Assembly: GCA_033762295.1 (NCBI GenBank)
Contig: JANRLW010000046.1
Location: 1-23,442 of the forward strand
Direction: 5' to 3'
Origin: Capsulimonadales bacterium
GTDB lineage: Bacteria; Armatimonadota; Armatimonadia; Armatimonadales; Armatimonadaceae
DNA: 23,442 nucleotides
This document shows positions 1-9,000 of this stretch, piece after piece (position 1 is the first letter of the stretch; every line of letters begins with the position of its first letter). Position numbers and translations under genes: made by a program. The notes beneath the pieces are model-generated. The model saw only the letters and a list, made by a program, of their open reading frames with translations, was not told the DNA's origin and did not search any database.

Positions 1-1
1 C

Positions 2-916
2 TTTCGCGACCCGCAGAAAGCCCGCGACTACTTGAAGGGAAGCGTCTTTCCGATCGTGATCAAGGCGGACGGCGAGGCGGCGGGCAAGGGCGTCGTCGTG
101 GCGCAGGACTATGCGGAGGCGGACGCCGCGATCCATCGGATGATGGAGAAGCGAGTTTTCGGCGCGTCCGGCGAAACGGTCGTGATCGAGGAGTGCCTGT
201 TCGGGCAGGAGATCAGCGTCATGGCCTTCGTCGACGGGGAGACCGTGGTTCCGATGGTCGGTGTGCAGGATCACAAACGGATCGGCGAGGGCGATACGGG
301 TTCGAACACCGGCGGGATGGGTGCGTACGCGCCGGTCCCGATCGCGACGCCGGAGCTGGTGGAGGACATCAAGGTTCGTATCCTTCAGCCGGCGGTGCAT
401 GCGGTTCGGGAGACGGGTATTCCCTACCGTGGCATCCTGTATGCCGGGGTGATGGTGACGGCGTCCGGTCCGTACTGCATGGAGTTTAACGCCCGGTTCG
501 GCGATCCGGAGACTCAGGTCGTGCTGCCGCTGCTGGAAACGGACCTGGCGGATATTTTGAATGCGGCGGTCGATGTCGAGTTGGACCGTCTGCCGGTGAC
601 GTTTTCGGAGCGGGCGGCGGTCTGCGTGGTGCTGTCTTCGGCGGGCTACCCTGAGACATCGGACAACGGGCGTGTGATCACCGGTCTGGAATCGGCGGAG
701 AAGCTGGACGCGGTGGCGGTCTTTCATGCGGGTACGGCGTCGGACGACGCGGGTCGGATCATCACGGCGGGCGGGCGGGTTCTGGGCGTCACGGCAACCG
801 GCGAGGACTTTCGTGAGGCGCGGGAGCGATGTTACGCGGCGGTCAGCCGGATCTCGTTCCAGGGGGCCTACTACCGTCGGGACATCGGGCATCATGCGCT
901 GAGCGTCGCCGGTTGA
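2..916 (+). CDS. purD: Phosphoribosylamine--glycine ligase (GAR synthetase), 5'-partial
   Basis: Motifs VIKADGEAAGKGV, QDHKRIGEGDTGSNTGGMGAY, EFNARFGDPETQV, VFHAGT, GGRVLGV. The frame is open to the window edge. Confidence 0.97.
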   Translation, partial: FRDPQKARDYLKGSVFPIVIKADGEAAGKGVVVAQDYAEADAAIHRMMEKRVFGASGETVVIEECLFGQEISVMAFVDGETVVPMVGVQDHKRIGEGDTGSNTGGMGAYAPVPIATPELVEDIKVRILQPAVHAVRETGIPYRGILYAGVMVTASGPYCMEFNARFGDPETQVVLPLLETDLADILNAAVDVELDRLPVTFSERAAVCVVLSSAGYPETSDNGRVITGLESAEKLDAVAVFHAGTASDDAGRIITAGGRVLGVTATGEDFREARERCYAAVSRISFQGAYYRRDIGHHALSVAG

Positions 917-940
917 CCGGGTTTCCGGGCGTGAAACCGC

Positions 941-969
941 TTGACAGAGCTTTGGACGCACGATAAACT
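941..969 (+). promoter_or_regulatory. sigma70-type promoter for tRNA-Glu
   Basis: TTGACA (941-946), 17-nt spacer, TAAACT (964-969), then a GC-rich stretch, 28 nt before the tRNA. Confidence 0.85.
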
Positions 970-997
970 ACCATCGCGCCTTTTGGGCGTCTGTTTT

Positions 998-1070
998 GCC
1001 CCGTTAGTCGAGTGGTTAAGACGCCTCCCTTTCAAGGAGGAAACCACCGGTTCGAAACCGGTACGGGGTA
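998..1070 (+). tRNA. tRNA-Glu (anticodon TTC), CCA not encoded
   Basis: Acceptor GCCCCGT/ACGGGGT plus discriminator A; D-arm GTC..AGTGGTTAA..GAC; anticodon arm CCTCC-CTTTCAA-GGAGG; T-arm ACCGG-TTCGAAA-CCGGT. Confidence 0.96.
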
Positions 1071-1184
1071 CTTCCTCTCGCCGCAAATACCGTAGTTGGC
1101 AACGTACTTCCGATCCCCGCGGGCGTACTCCGTTCATCGGGCGATTTCCGGTATCGGGTACACTGGATCGGAAGGAATCTGCCG

Positions 1185-2249
1185 ATGACCATACGTGAGC
1201 GCACGGAACAGCTGGAACGCGAGACGCTGAGTCCCTATGCCGCTCTGGCCGCCGAATCGCGTGGCCGGATGCGCCCCGAAGAACCCGATCCCGTTCGCAC
1301 CGCGTTTCAGCGAGACCGCGATCGCGTTCTCCATAGCAAGGCGTTCCGCCGCCTGAAACATAAAACCCAGGTGTTTCTCGATCCGGAGGAGGACCACTAT
1401 CGGACCCGGCTGACCCATACCCTCGAGGTCGCCCAGATCTCCCGCACCGTCGCTCGCGCCCTGCGTCTCAATGAGGACCTGACCGAAGCGATCGCCCTGG
1501 CACACGACCTGGGGCATCCGCCGTTCGGGCATGAAGGGGAGGAAGCGCTCGATGAAGTCCTGAAGGAGTATCTGCCACAGGCCGATTTCCGACACTACGA
1601 ACAGTCGCTGCGCGTGGTGGACATTCTGGAAAAGGGCGGACGCGGACTGAACCTGACCTCCGAGACCCGGGACGGCGTTCTCGGTCACTCCAAGGGCCGA
1701 GCCGACCTCACCGATGCCAACGCCACCGCGCAGAAGATGGGCGGACTGCCGCTGGAAGCCTCCGTCGTCCGGATCTGCGACCGGGTCGCCTACGTGAACC
1801 ACGATATCGATGATGCCGTCCGCGCCGGTCTGCTCCGCCATGAGGACCTGCCCCACGAAACGCTCAACGTTCTCGGACGGACCCACGGCGACCGGATCAC
1901 CACCATGGTCCTCAACGTGATCGAAACGTCGATGGACCAGCCGGTCGTTTCGATGAGCGAACCGATTCTCGGCGCGACCAACCGGCTCAAAGACTTCCTC
2001 TTCGCCAACGTCTACACCAACAAAAACGCCGCCAAGGCCGAACTCGCCAAGGGCAGCGCGATGCTGAAACAGCTCTTCCGACTCTATATGGAGCGTCCGT
2101 CGCTGATCCCCGGAGACCGCGCCACGGTGGAGATGGAAGTCGAACGGCGTGCCGTCATCGTTCTGGACTACATCGCCGGAATGACCGACCGGTACGCGAG
2201 CGAAATGTTCCTGCGTTACTTCTTCCCCCGCGACTGGCGATCGGGATAG
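1185..2249 (+). CDS. dgt: Deoxyguanosinetriphosphate triphosphohydrolase-like HD protein (short type)
   Basis: RTAFQRDRDRVLHSKAFRRLKHKTQVF, RTRLTHTLEV, AHDLGHPPFGH, DYIAGMTDRYA. RBS AAGGA at 1172-1176; possible -10 TACACT at 1159-1164. Confidence 0.95.
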   Translation: MTIRERTEQLERETLSPYAALAAESRGRMRPEEPDPVRTAFQRDRDRVLHSKAFRRLKHKTQVFLDPEEDHYRTRLTHTLEVAQISRTVARALRLNEDLTEAIALAHDLGHPPFGHEGEEALDEVLKEYLPQADFRHYEQSLRVVDILEKGGRGLNLTSETRDGVLGHSKGRADLTDANATAQKMGGLPLEASVVRICDRVAYVNHDIDDAVRAGLLRHEDLPHETLNVLGRTHGDRITTMVLNVIETSMDQPVVSMSEPILGATNRLKDFLFANVYTNKNAAKAELAKGSAMLKQLFRLYMERPSLIPGDRATVEMEVERRAVIVLDYIAGMTDRYASEMFLRYFFPRDWRSG

Positions 2250-2255
2250 CGGATT

Positions 2256-2277
2256 CCCTCCCACGAAAGCGGGAGGG
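2256..2277. terminator. Hairpin between convergent dgt and csbD, possible terminator
   Basis: CCCTCCC-AC-GAAA-GC-GGGAGGG inverted repeat between the two stop codons. U-tracts are weak. Confidence 0.55.
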
Positions 2278-2291
2278 TTCCCGCGCAACGC

Positions 2292-2603
2292 CTAACGAAC
2301 GATTTTTCCGGTCTTGTCGTCGACCCGGTCCCCGGTGATCGCGTCGGCGATCTTTTCCGCGACGCCCCGGGTGTCCGGCGTCCCGTCCGCCGCGACGTTC
2401 GCTCCCGAATAGCGACTGCCAAAGGTGTCGGCGTGTCGTTCGGCCTCCTCCTTCGCATACCCGTACCGCTCCTGGAGCTTGCCGACAAACTTATCCCGGC
2501 TGCCTCCGATATATGCGATGTCATCGTCGGTCAGTTTCGCCCACTCCTGGCGAATATTGCCCTGAAGCTGCTTCCATTGACCCTTGATCGTATCCCAGTT
2601 CAT
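2292..2603 (-). CDS. csbD: CsbD/YjbJ-family stress protein with C-terminal extension
   Basis: MNWDTIKGQWKQLQGNIRQEWAKLTDDD...GKLQERYGYAKEEAE is a typical CsbD signature. Strong RBS AAGGAGG before the ATG at 2603. Confidence 0.92.
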   Translation of the reverse strand: MNWDTIKGQWKQLQGNIRQEWAKLTDDDIAYIGGSRDKFVGKLQERYGYAKEEAERHADTFGSRYSGANVAADGTPDTRGVAEKIADAITGDRVDDKTGKIVR

Positions 2604-2715
2604 AAGAACCTCCTTGATCCGCCCTGCGGACGTTTTCAAAAGGAAGTCGGAAAAGCGACGAAGCAGGTTCCCGGCGACGTTTTCGCTTCTTGACACAACC
2701 GGATACGGGCCGTCA

Positions 2716-3387
2716 CTACGGTAGCAGCAGCGGGAACGCCGCCCGCAGGGAGGAAACCTCGACATCCGGGCGGCAGCGGGCGAAGCGTTCGGGCGGGTCG
2801 TACGGCCATCGGATACCGACGGTCAGACGGACTCCCGCCGCTTTCCCCGCCGCGATATCGGCCCAGAGATCACCGGTCATCACCGCTTCGGACGCCGGAA
2901 GACCGAAACGGCGCAGGGCGACCCGCAACGGTTCCGGGTGCGGTTTGAACTCGACCATATCCTCCCGTGCGATCAGGGTATCGCAGGGCAGGTGCATCCG
3001 GACGATCAGTTCCTCCGCGACCGCCCGGCAGTTTCGTGTGATGATCCCGACGCGGGTCTGCCGTTGGCGCAGGCCCATCAGCAGTTCGGTGGCGCCCTCG
3101 ATCGCTTCCGGGTGCGCGCATCCTTCCCGTTCGATCGCTTCGAGTATCGAATAGGCTTCCTGCCGGAGCCGTTCCCCCTGAGGATGCGCCCGCGCCATCC
3201 GTTCCGTCATCTCCAGGATATCGTCGGTTCCCGAGGTCGCGTCGGTTGTTCCCCGGCGTTCGGACAAGACCCCCAGAGCCTGACGCATCGCCGGAAAATC
3301 GATGAACGTACGAACCAGGGTGCCGTCCAGGTCGAACAGCGCCGCGCGCGGCGGTCGCCCGCCGGGAGTCAGGAGAGGATCGGACAC
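2716..3387 (-). CDS. HAD-superfamily hydrolase (phosphoglycolate phosphatase-like)
   Basis: Motif I FDLDGTL, motif II ITRN, motif III KPHPEP, motif IV GDLWAD. Start placed at GTG 3387 because the upstream ORF extension overlaps the divergent ABC gene. Confidence 0.88.
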   Translation of the reverse strand: MSDPLLTPGGRPPRAALFDLDGTLVRTFIDFPAMRQALGVLSERRGTTDATSGTDDILEMTERMARAHPQGERLRQEAYSILEAIEREGCAHPEAIEGATELLMGLRQRQTRVGIITRNCRAVAEELIVRMHLPCDTLIAREDMVEFKPHPEPLRVALRRFGLPASEAVMTGDLWADIAAGKAAGVRLTVGIRWPYDPPERFARCRPDVEVSSLRAAFPLLLP

Positions 3388-3540
3388 ACCCTGAGTGTAC
3401 CGGGGATCGGGTGGAGGTAACTCAAAAAACTGCGTGGATTCCCTGAATTTCCGCCGTTCTCCGACCGAAAAACAGAACGGGAATCGTTTATGACGTTTCC
3501 AAAGCTCTATTTTCCCAACGAAGTTAGTCAGGTAAGAGAT

Positions 3541-4344
3541 ATGAACGGTAACCGTTTGACGATAGTGCAGGGGGGGAATGATTCGGTTCGGGATTCGGGC
3601 GGTCCGCCCGCCCTCCGGATCAAGGATCTGGATATTGCCTATCGGAAAGGCTGGTTCGCCCCGGCAAAACGGGTGGTTCATAATCTCTCACTTTCCGTCC
3701 GGCCCGGCGAGGTCGTCGGCTTTCTGGGACCGAACGGGGCGGGCAAATCCTCCACCATCAAGGCGATTCTGGGTTTCGTTCAGCCGGAAGCCGGGGAGGT
3801 TCAGGTGTTCGGTCATCCGGCAGGGACGACGATCGCCAAGAGCAAGATCGGGTATCTCCCGGAGGTAGCCCTCTATTATCCGTTCCTCACCCCGATCGAA
3901 ACCCTGCGTTTGTACGGGCATCTTCAGGGGCTGGGCGGAAAATCCCTGGACCAGGAAGCCTTCGACCTCCTGCGCCGCGTCGGACTGGAGGGCCGCGAAA
4001 AACAGCAGCTCAAAACGTTCTCCAAAGGGATGCAGCAGCGCCTGGGAATCGCGCAATCGCTTCTGGGCAGTCCGGACCTTCTGGTGCTGGACGAGGTGTC
4101 GAGCGGACTGGACCCGATCGGACGTCGCCATCTGCGCGAACTCCTGCGCGAGATCAAGAACGCCGGAACGACCATCTTCTTCTCCTCACACGAACTGGAT
4201 GAGGTCGCCCAGTTGTGTGACCGCGTCGTTCTGATCGCCAACGGCCACGTGGTCGATGAACGGATCATGGACGCCGAACTCCAGGCCGGTACGTCCTCGG
4301 CTCTGGAGGAATACTTTGTGAATACGTTGCGGAATGCCGCCTGA
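3541..4344 (+). CDS. ABC transporter ATP-binding protein (ABC-2/PilH-like)
   Basis: Walker A GPNGAGKSS, signature FSKGMQQR, Walker B LVLDE, H-loop SSH. Start is uncertain (3490 or 3541). Confidence 0.93.
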   Translation: MNGNRLTIVQGGNDSVRDSGGPPALRIKDLDIAYRKGWFAPAKRVVHNLSLSVRPGEVVGFLGPNGAGKSSTIKAILGFVQPEAGEVQVFGHPAGTTIAKSKIGYLPEVALYYPFLTPIETLRLYGHLQGLGGKSLDQEAFDLLRRVGLEGREKQQLKTFSKGMQQRLGIAQSLLGSPDLLVLDEVSSGLDPIGRRHLRELLREIKNAGTTIFFSSHELDEVAQLCDRVVLIANGHVVDERIMDAELQAGTSSALEEYFVNTLRNAA

Positions 4345-4354
4345 GGAGTTTCCC

Positions 4355-5149
4355 ATGTCTGCGGAATCGATCCGACGAAAACTCATGATCTGGCGTTCGC
4401 TCGCCTTTGCCGCCATCCTGGAATCCGTTCGACGCAAGGACCTGTACGTCGCCGTCATCCTTGCCGGCCTGATGATCGCCGCCGCCGCCCTGATGGGTAA
4501 GTTCGGCGTTCAGGGGCTGGAAATGTTCCTGAAGGATGTGACGCTGAACGTCATCAACCTCTTTTCGGTCCTGCTGGCGATCCTGTTCGCCGCCCGTCAG
4601 ATTCCGGAGGAGTTGACCCGGCGCACGGTCTACCCTCTCCTGGCCCGCCCGATCTCCCGCTTCGACCTGATCTTCGGCAAGTTCCTCGGGGCATTTCTGA
4701 TGTCGTCGCTGGGGCTGATCCTGTTCGCGGCGATCGGGGTCGGCGCGCTGGCCTGCCTCGGTCTGTCCCTGGGGTCCATTTTCTGGCAGTACCTTCTGCT
4801 GCGGTTCCTCTCCCTGGCCCTCATCTGCGCGATGTCGGTCATGCTTTCCCTGCTGATGACGCCTTCCGCGACCGTGACCCTCGCCATTCTGCTGGCGATC
4901 GGATCGCAGACGTTCTCACAGGCGATCCTGCTTGCCTACGGTCCGGCAAGCGAGACGGGAAAAGGGCTGATGCGCGTCAGTTACTATGTCCTGCCGCACC
5001 TGGACCTGTTCGACCTGTCGAAAAAGGTCGGTTACGGGTGGAAGCCGATCGACGCCTGGGTTCTGCGCGATCTCTTCCTTTATGCCATGGCATACACGAT
5101 AGTATTTCTGCTGGTCGCCGCCCTGCGTTTCCGGCGACAGACGATCTGA
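4355..5149 (+). CDS. ABC-2 type transporter permease (PilI/NosY-like)
   Basis: About 6 hydrophobic helices and the motif EELTRRTVYPLLARPISRFDLIFGKFLG. RBS GAGGAG at 4343-4348. Confidence 0.9.
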   Translation: MSAESIRRKLMIWRSLAFAAILESVRRKDLYVAVILAGLMIAAAALMGKFGVQGLEMFLKDVTLNVINLFSVLLAILFAARQIPEELTRRTVYPLLARPISRFDLIFGKFLGAFLMSSLGLILFAAIGVGALACLGLSLGSIFWQYLLLRFLSLALICAMSVMLSLLMTPSATVTLAILLAIGSQTFSQAILLAYGPASETGKGLMRVSYYVLPHLDLFDLSKKVGYGWKPIDAWVLRDLFLYAMAYTIVFLLVAALRFRRQTI

Positions 5150-5160
5150 AAGAAACGATC

Positions 5161-6093
5161 ATGCAAAACGTCGCACAAACGGAGCGCGGTCCATCGGTGG
5201 CCGCCGCCTTCCTTCTGGTCGTTCTTCTCGGGGCGGGTGGCGTTCTGGCGCAGCGGGTCCAGCCCGCCGTGTCCGAACTGAACGGATTGACCGCGGCGCA
5301 GCAGGAACGCCTGGAAAAGGTCGCCTCGGCCTCCCTGTTCGGACAGTTTCGCACCTCGCTCTCCGACTATCTCTGGCTGAAAGCCGATAAGTATATGCAT
5401 CGAGGCGTCGATCTGCGCGGCCTGACCGATCAGGAAAAGCGGACGAACGACGCCGACGGGGTCAGCACCCACCCGGATGATCCGGTCAAGATGAAACACA
5501 CCGAGGAAACGACGGTCGTTCCGTCGCGCGAACGGGACTGGCGCGGCCATCTTGGCGATATCGAACGGGAGGTGACGCCGTACATGGATATGAACAACCA
5601 TGGCCATGGCGAAGCCCGAGAGACCCTTCCCCTGTTCCGGTTGATGACCTGGAGCAACCCGCACTTCATCCGGGGATATGTGATCGGCTGGAACCTGATG
5701 GCCCAGGACCCGAAACACCTGGGCGATGCCGAAGCGTTTCTGCGCGAGGGAGAGGCCAATAACCCCCAGAGTATCGAGATTCAGAACGAACTCGGCATCC
5801 TTTATACGGTCCGGAAAAAGGAATACGACCGGGCGATGCCCTACCTCTATCAGGCGATTCAACTGGCCGAGGCTCGCGACCCGTCGACCCTCAACGAAGA
5901 TGAAGGGGAGGCATGGAAGCATGCCTATCGCTGGGCCGTTCTCAACCGTCGGGATGCCGGCGATCAGCCGACGGCTCGCACGCTGGCCGCGCAATGCCTG
6001 AAACGTTTTCCGGAGGACGTGGTCTGCACCGGCTACCTGAAGCAGTACGGGCACGGAGCGCCGGCGGCCCTCAAACCGCCCCTTCGTCAGTAG
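5161..6093 (+). CDS. N-terminally anchored TPR-like protein of the ABC operon (PilG/XapA-like)
   Basis: N-terminal hydrophobic segment; GQFRTSLSDYLWLKADKY; NPHFIRGY; AEAFLREGEANNPQS; TPR-like helices. Starts 11 nt after the permease stop. Confidence 0.75.
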   Translation: MQNVAQTERGPSVAAAFLLVVLLGAGGVLAQRVQPAVSELNGLTAAQQERLEKVASASLFGQFRTSLSDYLWLKADKYMHRGVDLRGLTDQEKRTNDADGVSTHPDDPVKMKHTEETTVVPSRERDWRGHLGDIEREVTPYMDMNNHGHGEARETLPLFRLMTWSNPHFIRGYVIGWNLMAQDPKHLGDAEAFLREGEANNPQSIEIQNELGILYTVRKKEYDRAMPYLYQAIQLAEARDPSTLNEDEGEAWKHAYRWAVLNRRDAGDQPTARTLAAQCLKRFPEDVVCTGYLKQYGHGAPAALKPPLRQ

Positions 6094-9000
6094 GAGACCG
6101 TCCCGCGGAGGAAATAGATAAAGTTCCGTTGTTCGTCCGTCTGGAACCCCAGTTGCAGGCGGGGCAACAGACGGTACGAGGTATTGAACTGGTACAGTTC
6201 GTAGCTGAAGCTGAAAACGTAGGGCGTCAACTGGGTGGGAGCGTTCCGCTGCTGAAACGCGCGCGTGTAATCGACGATGAACCGGTTGAACGGGTCCGGC
6301 AGTCGCTTGACGAAGCGGACCCGGATCGGTTCGTCAGTGTTGTAATCGATGGTCAGGTCCTCGAGGCCGAGGGTCTGGGCGACGTTCCCCGTGACCTGCG
6401 AAACCAGTCCCGGCAGATACCCGGAGTAGAGGGTCTGATTCAGAAGGTCGCGAAACGCCGTTTCCACCCGTCCCTGCTGCGCCAGTTCCAGCGCGCTCCG
6501 TCCGCCGATCAGCGCGATAATCTCCGACTCGGAAAGCGGCGGGTCGGACGTCAGGTCGATCCCCGACGAACGTGTGAGATCGCCGTTCCGTACCCCGTTC
6601 TCGGTTTCGAAGAGGTCGAGCGGTCCGTTGAGCGTCGCGGTGACGGTATACCGATTGACCGGAGTCGTCGCGTCGGTTCCGCTGACGAGCGCGGTTCGTG
6701 ACCCGCCGAAAAGTCCGCCGCCACGCGGCCGGTAGATTTTGGCCGTCGCCCGGACGTCCTCCGTCAGAACGCGCGGGTTGGTCCCGCCGAAGGCGACCGT
6801 CACCTTTCCCTGACGCTGGACATTGAAACGGGCCAGGTTGAGGTATCCGCCCTGCAGGTTGAAATAGCCCCCCTGGGGCGTTACCTCGGCGTTGACGGCG
6901 AAGTCCGAGGTCGTTTGTCCCGGCCTCGGGAACAGACGTCCGCTGATTCGAACCGGGCGATCGGACTGCACTTCGAATCGGAACAGAGGCGGCGACGCCA
7001 GAACGCTGGTCCCTGCCAGGTCGATGGCGACGTCGAACGTCGGATTGACGGGCGGAGGCGGGGTTCCCTGCTCCGGTTCCCGGTTGATGGTGGGAAGGCG
7101 CACCTCCGTCCTGGACAGACGGAGCGGGGAACCCGAAGCCGTACGGAGAACCGGGTCCTTCAGATCGCCCGTCAATCGAAGTGTGCCGTCGAACTGTCCT
7201 TTGAACGCCTCGCCGAGTCCGAACAGGTTATCGGTCACCGGCCGGAACCGGTCAAAATTGAGCGCGAGATCGAAGGCGGCGGCGGTGACGGACGGCGGAG
7301 TTCCGGCCGTTCCGGGGGTCGGTCGACGCAACACACGCTCCAGATCGCTCAAAGATTTCAATTGCACGGCACCGGAGAGCGTCATCTCATTCCCCGGTTC
7401 GTTTTCCCCGCCCAACTTGACACGAAACCGATCAAAGAGGATACTGTTCCCGGCCAGTCGCAGCGTGGCGGCGAAATCGGTGATCGGACTCAGGCGTTCG
7501 CGCCGTCCCTCCGACGCCAGACGAAAGCGGCCGTCCTCCACGATCACCTGCCCGGAAAGAGCCGGCGATTCGAGCGTTCCGCCGTAGGCGATGTCCGCCG
7601 TCAGCGTTCCTTCCAGTTGTACGGGGCTTCGCTCCTCGGGCGGTGGGGCGGTTCCCTTCGCCGCCGGCGTTGCGGTCGCGGCCGGTACGGTGGCAACGGC
7701 GCCGCCGGGGGTGGGAGCGGCGTCGGGGGCCGCGGGCGGGACCGTCTTGCCGGCCAGGTAATCGGCCAGTCGTTTCAGTTCGATCGTCTCGCCTCGGTTG
7801 GAGAGCGTTTTCAGGTTGAACCGGAAGGGACGGCGGGCGACCGAGGCATCCTCGTTCAAGGCGACCGGAATCAGGGCGCTGGCGGTCAGGCGCAGATCGT
7901 CCGTCGCCGTCACGATCGCATCGGAGATAACGACGTTATACTGACCGGGATTGGACTGAACCAGGTCGGCCTCGATACGGAACAGGGAGATCGGCAGTTC
8001 ATACTCCTCCCGTCCGTTGACAATCCTCGGCACTCCGGGCGAACCGGCGGCGGTACCGGTCGTGACCAGCAGATCGCGTCCCTCGACCGACGCGAAGATG
8101 CGGGGATTCCGGCTCTCGCCACGGGCCGACAGAGCGAAGTCGATGACGCCGCGTACCGGGAAACCGCCCAGGCCGGGCAGCGAACGAATGATATCCAGCG
8201 ACGCTCCGTTCGATTCCAGAAAGGCGTCGACCTGACCGTCCGGATCGTACGTCCCCCCGCCACGAATCGTCGCTTCCGGTCTTCGCACCTCGAACCGGCT
8301 GATATTGACCACCTCGCCGCGCAGCGTTCCCTCCAGGTTCAGGGTGGTCTTTCGCCGTTCCTCGGGCGTATTGCCGAACTGCCCGAACTGCAGGTCCCGC
8401 ATTTCGATATCGGCATCGATCGCGGGTTCGAGAAACCCCGCATCCGTGATCCGACCGCGCACGGCGAGACGACGGATGTCGAAGCGTGCATCGGTCGGGT
8501 CCGGCAGGTTGGTCAGGGCGCGGACGATCCGCGCGCCCTGCTCCGTCTGATCGAGACCGGAGCGACGGATGATCTCGAAGACGGTACGCAGGTCGCCGTC
8601 GCGTATCTGCAGTACGGCGCCGACCTCGCCCGATTCCGGTGCGTAGCGGACATCGGCGAGACGCACCACCGTATCCTCCCCCGTATTCTCCCCGGCGGCA
8701 CCGTCCCCACGCCGTCGGACGAAAGTGAATTCCGGCAGGGTGATCGTTGCCCCCTGCCCTTTCTCCCCGCCGACGAACCGGAGATTGTTCGCCACCACCT
8801 CCTGATACTCGGTTCCGGCGAGGGTAAGGCGGGGCGCGGCAAGGCTCGCGGTGATGATCGGCTGACTCAGCGTCCCGGAAAACGTCCCGGCAAGGTCCAC
8901 GTTTCCGGCGAACTGGAGCAACCCATCGGTCAGGTAGGAGAGCTTCTCGATATTCAGGCCGGGTGCGCGAAAGGAGCCGGAGAGTTCGCCACGGGCGGTG

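Noticed and set aside
998..1135. tRNA-Glu as an integration site; short GTACT(T)CC repeats after it
   Set aside because: I saw no integrase and no duplicate of the tRNA 3' end in the window; the repeats are only 7-8 nt.
1185..2249. dGTPase as an antiphage nucleotide-depletion system
   Set aside because: Short housekeeping-type sequence with host-like GC among core genes, with no defence context.
1134..2288. 384-aa - strand ORF
   Set aside because: Shadow of the dGTPase gene.
2690..2718. TTGACA as a + strand promoter
   Set aside because: No good -10 box at 16-18 nt, and it points antisense into the HAD gene.
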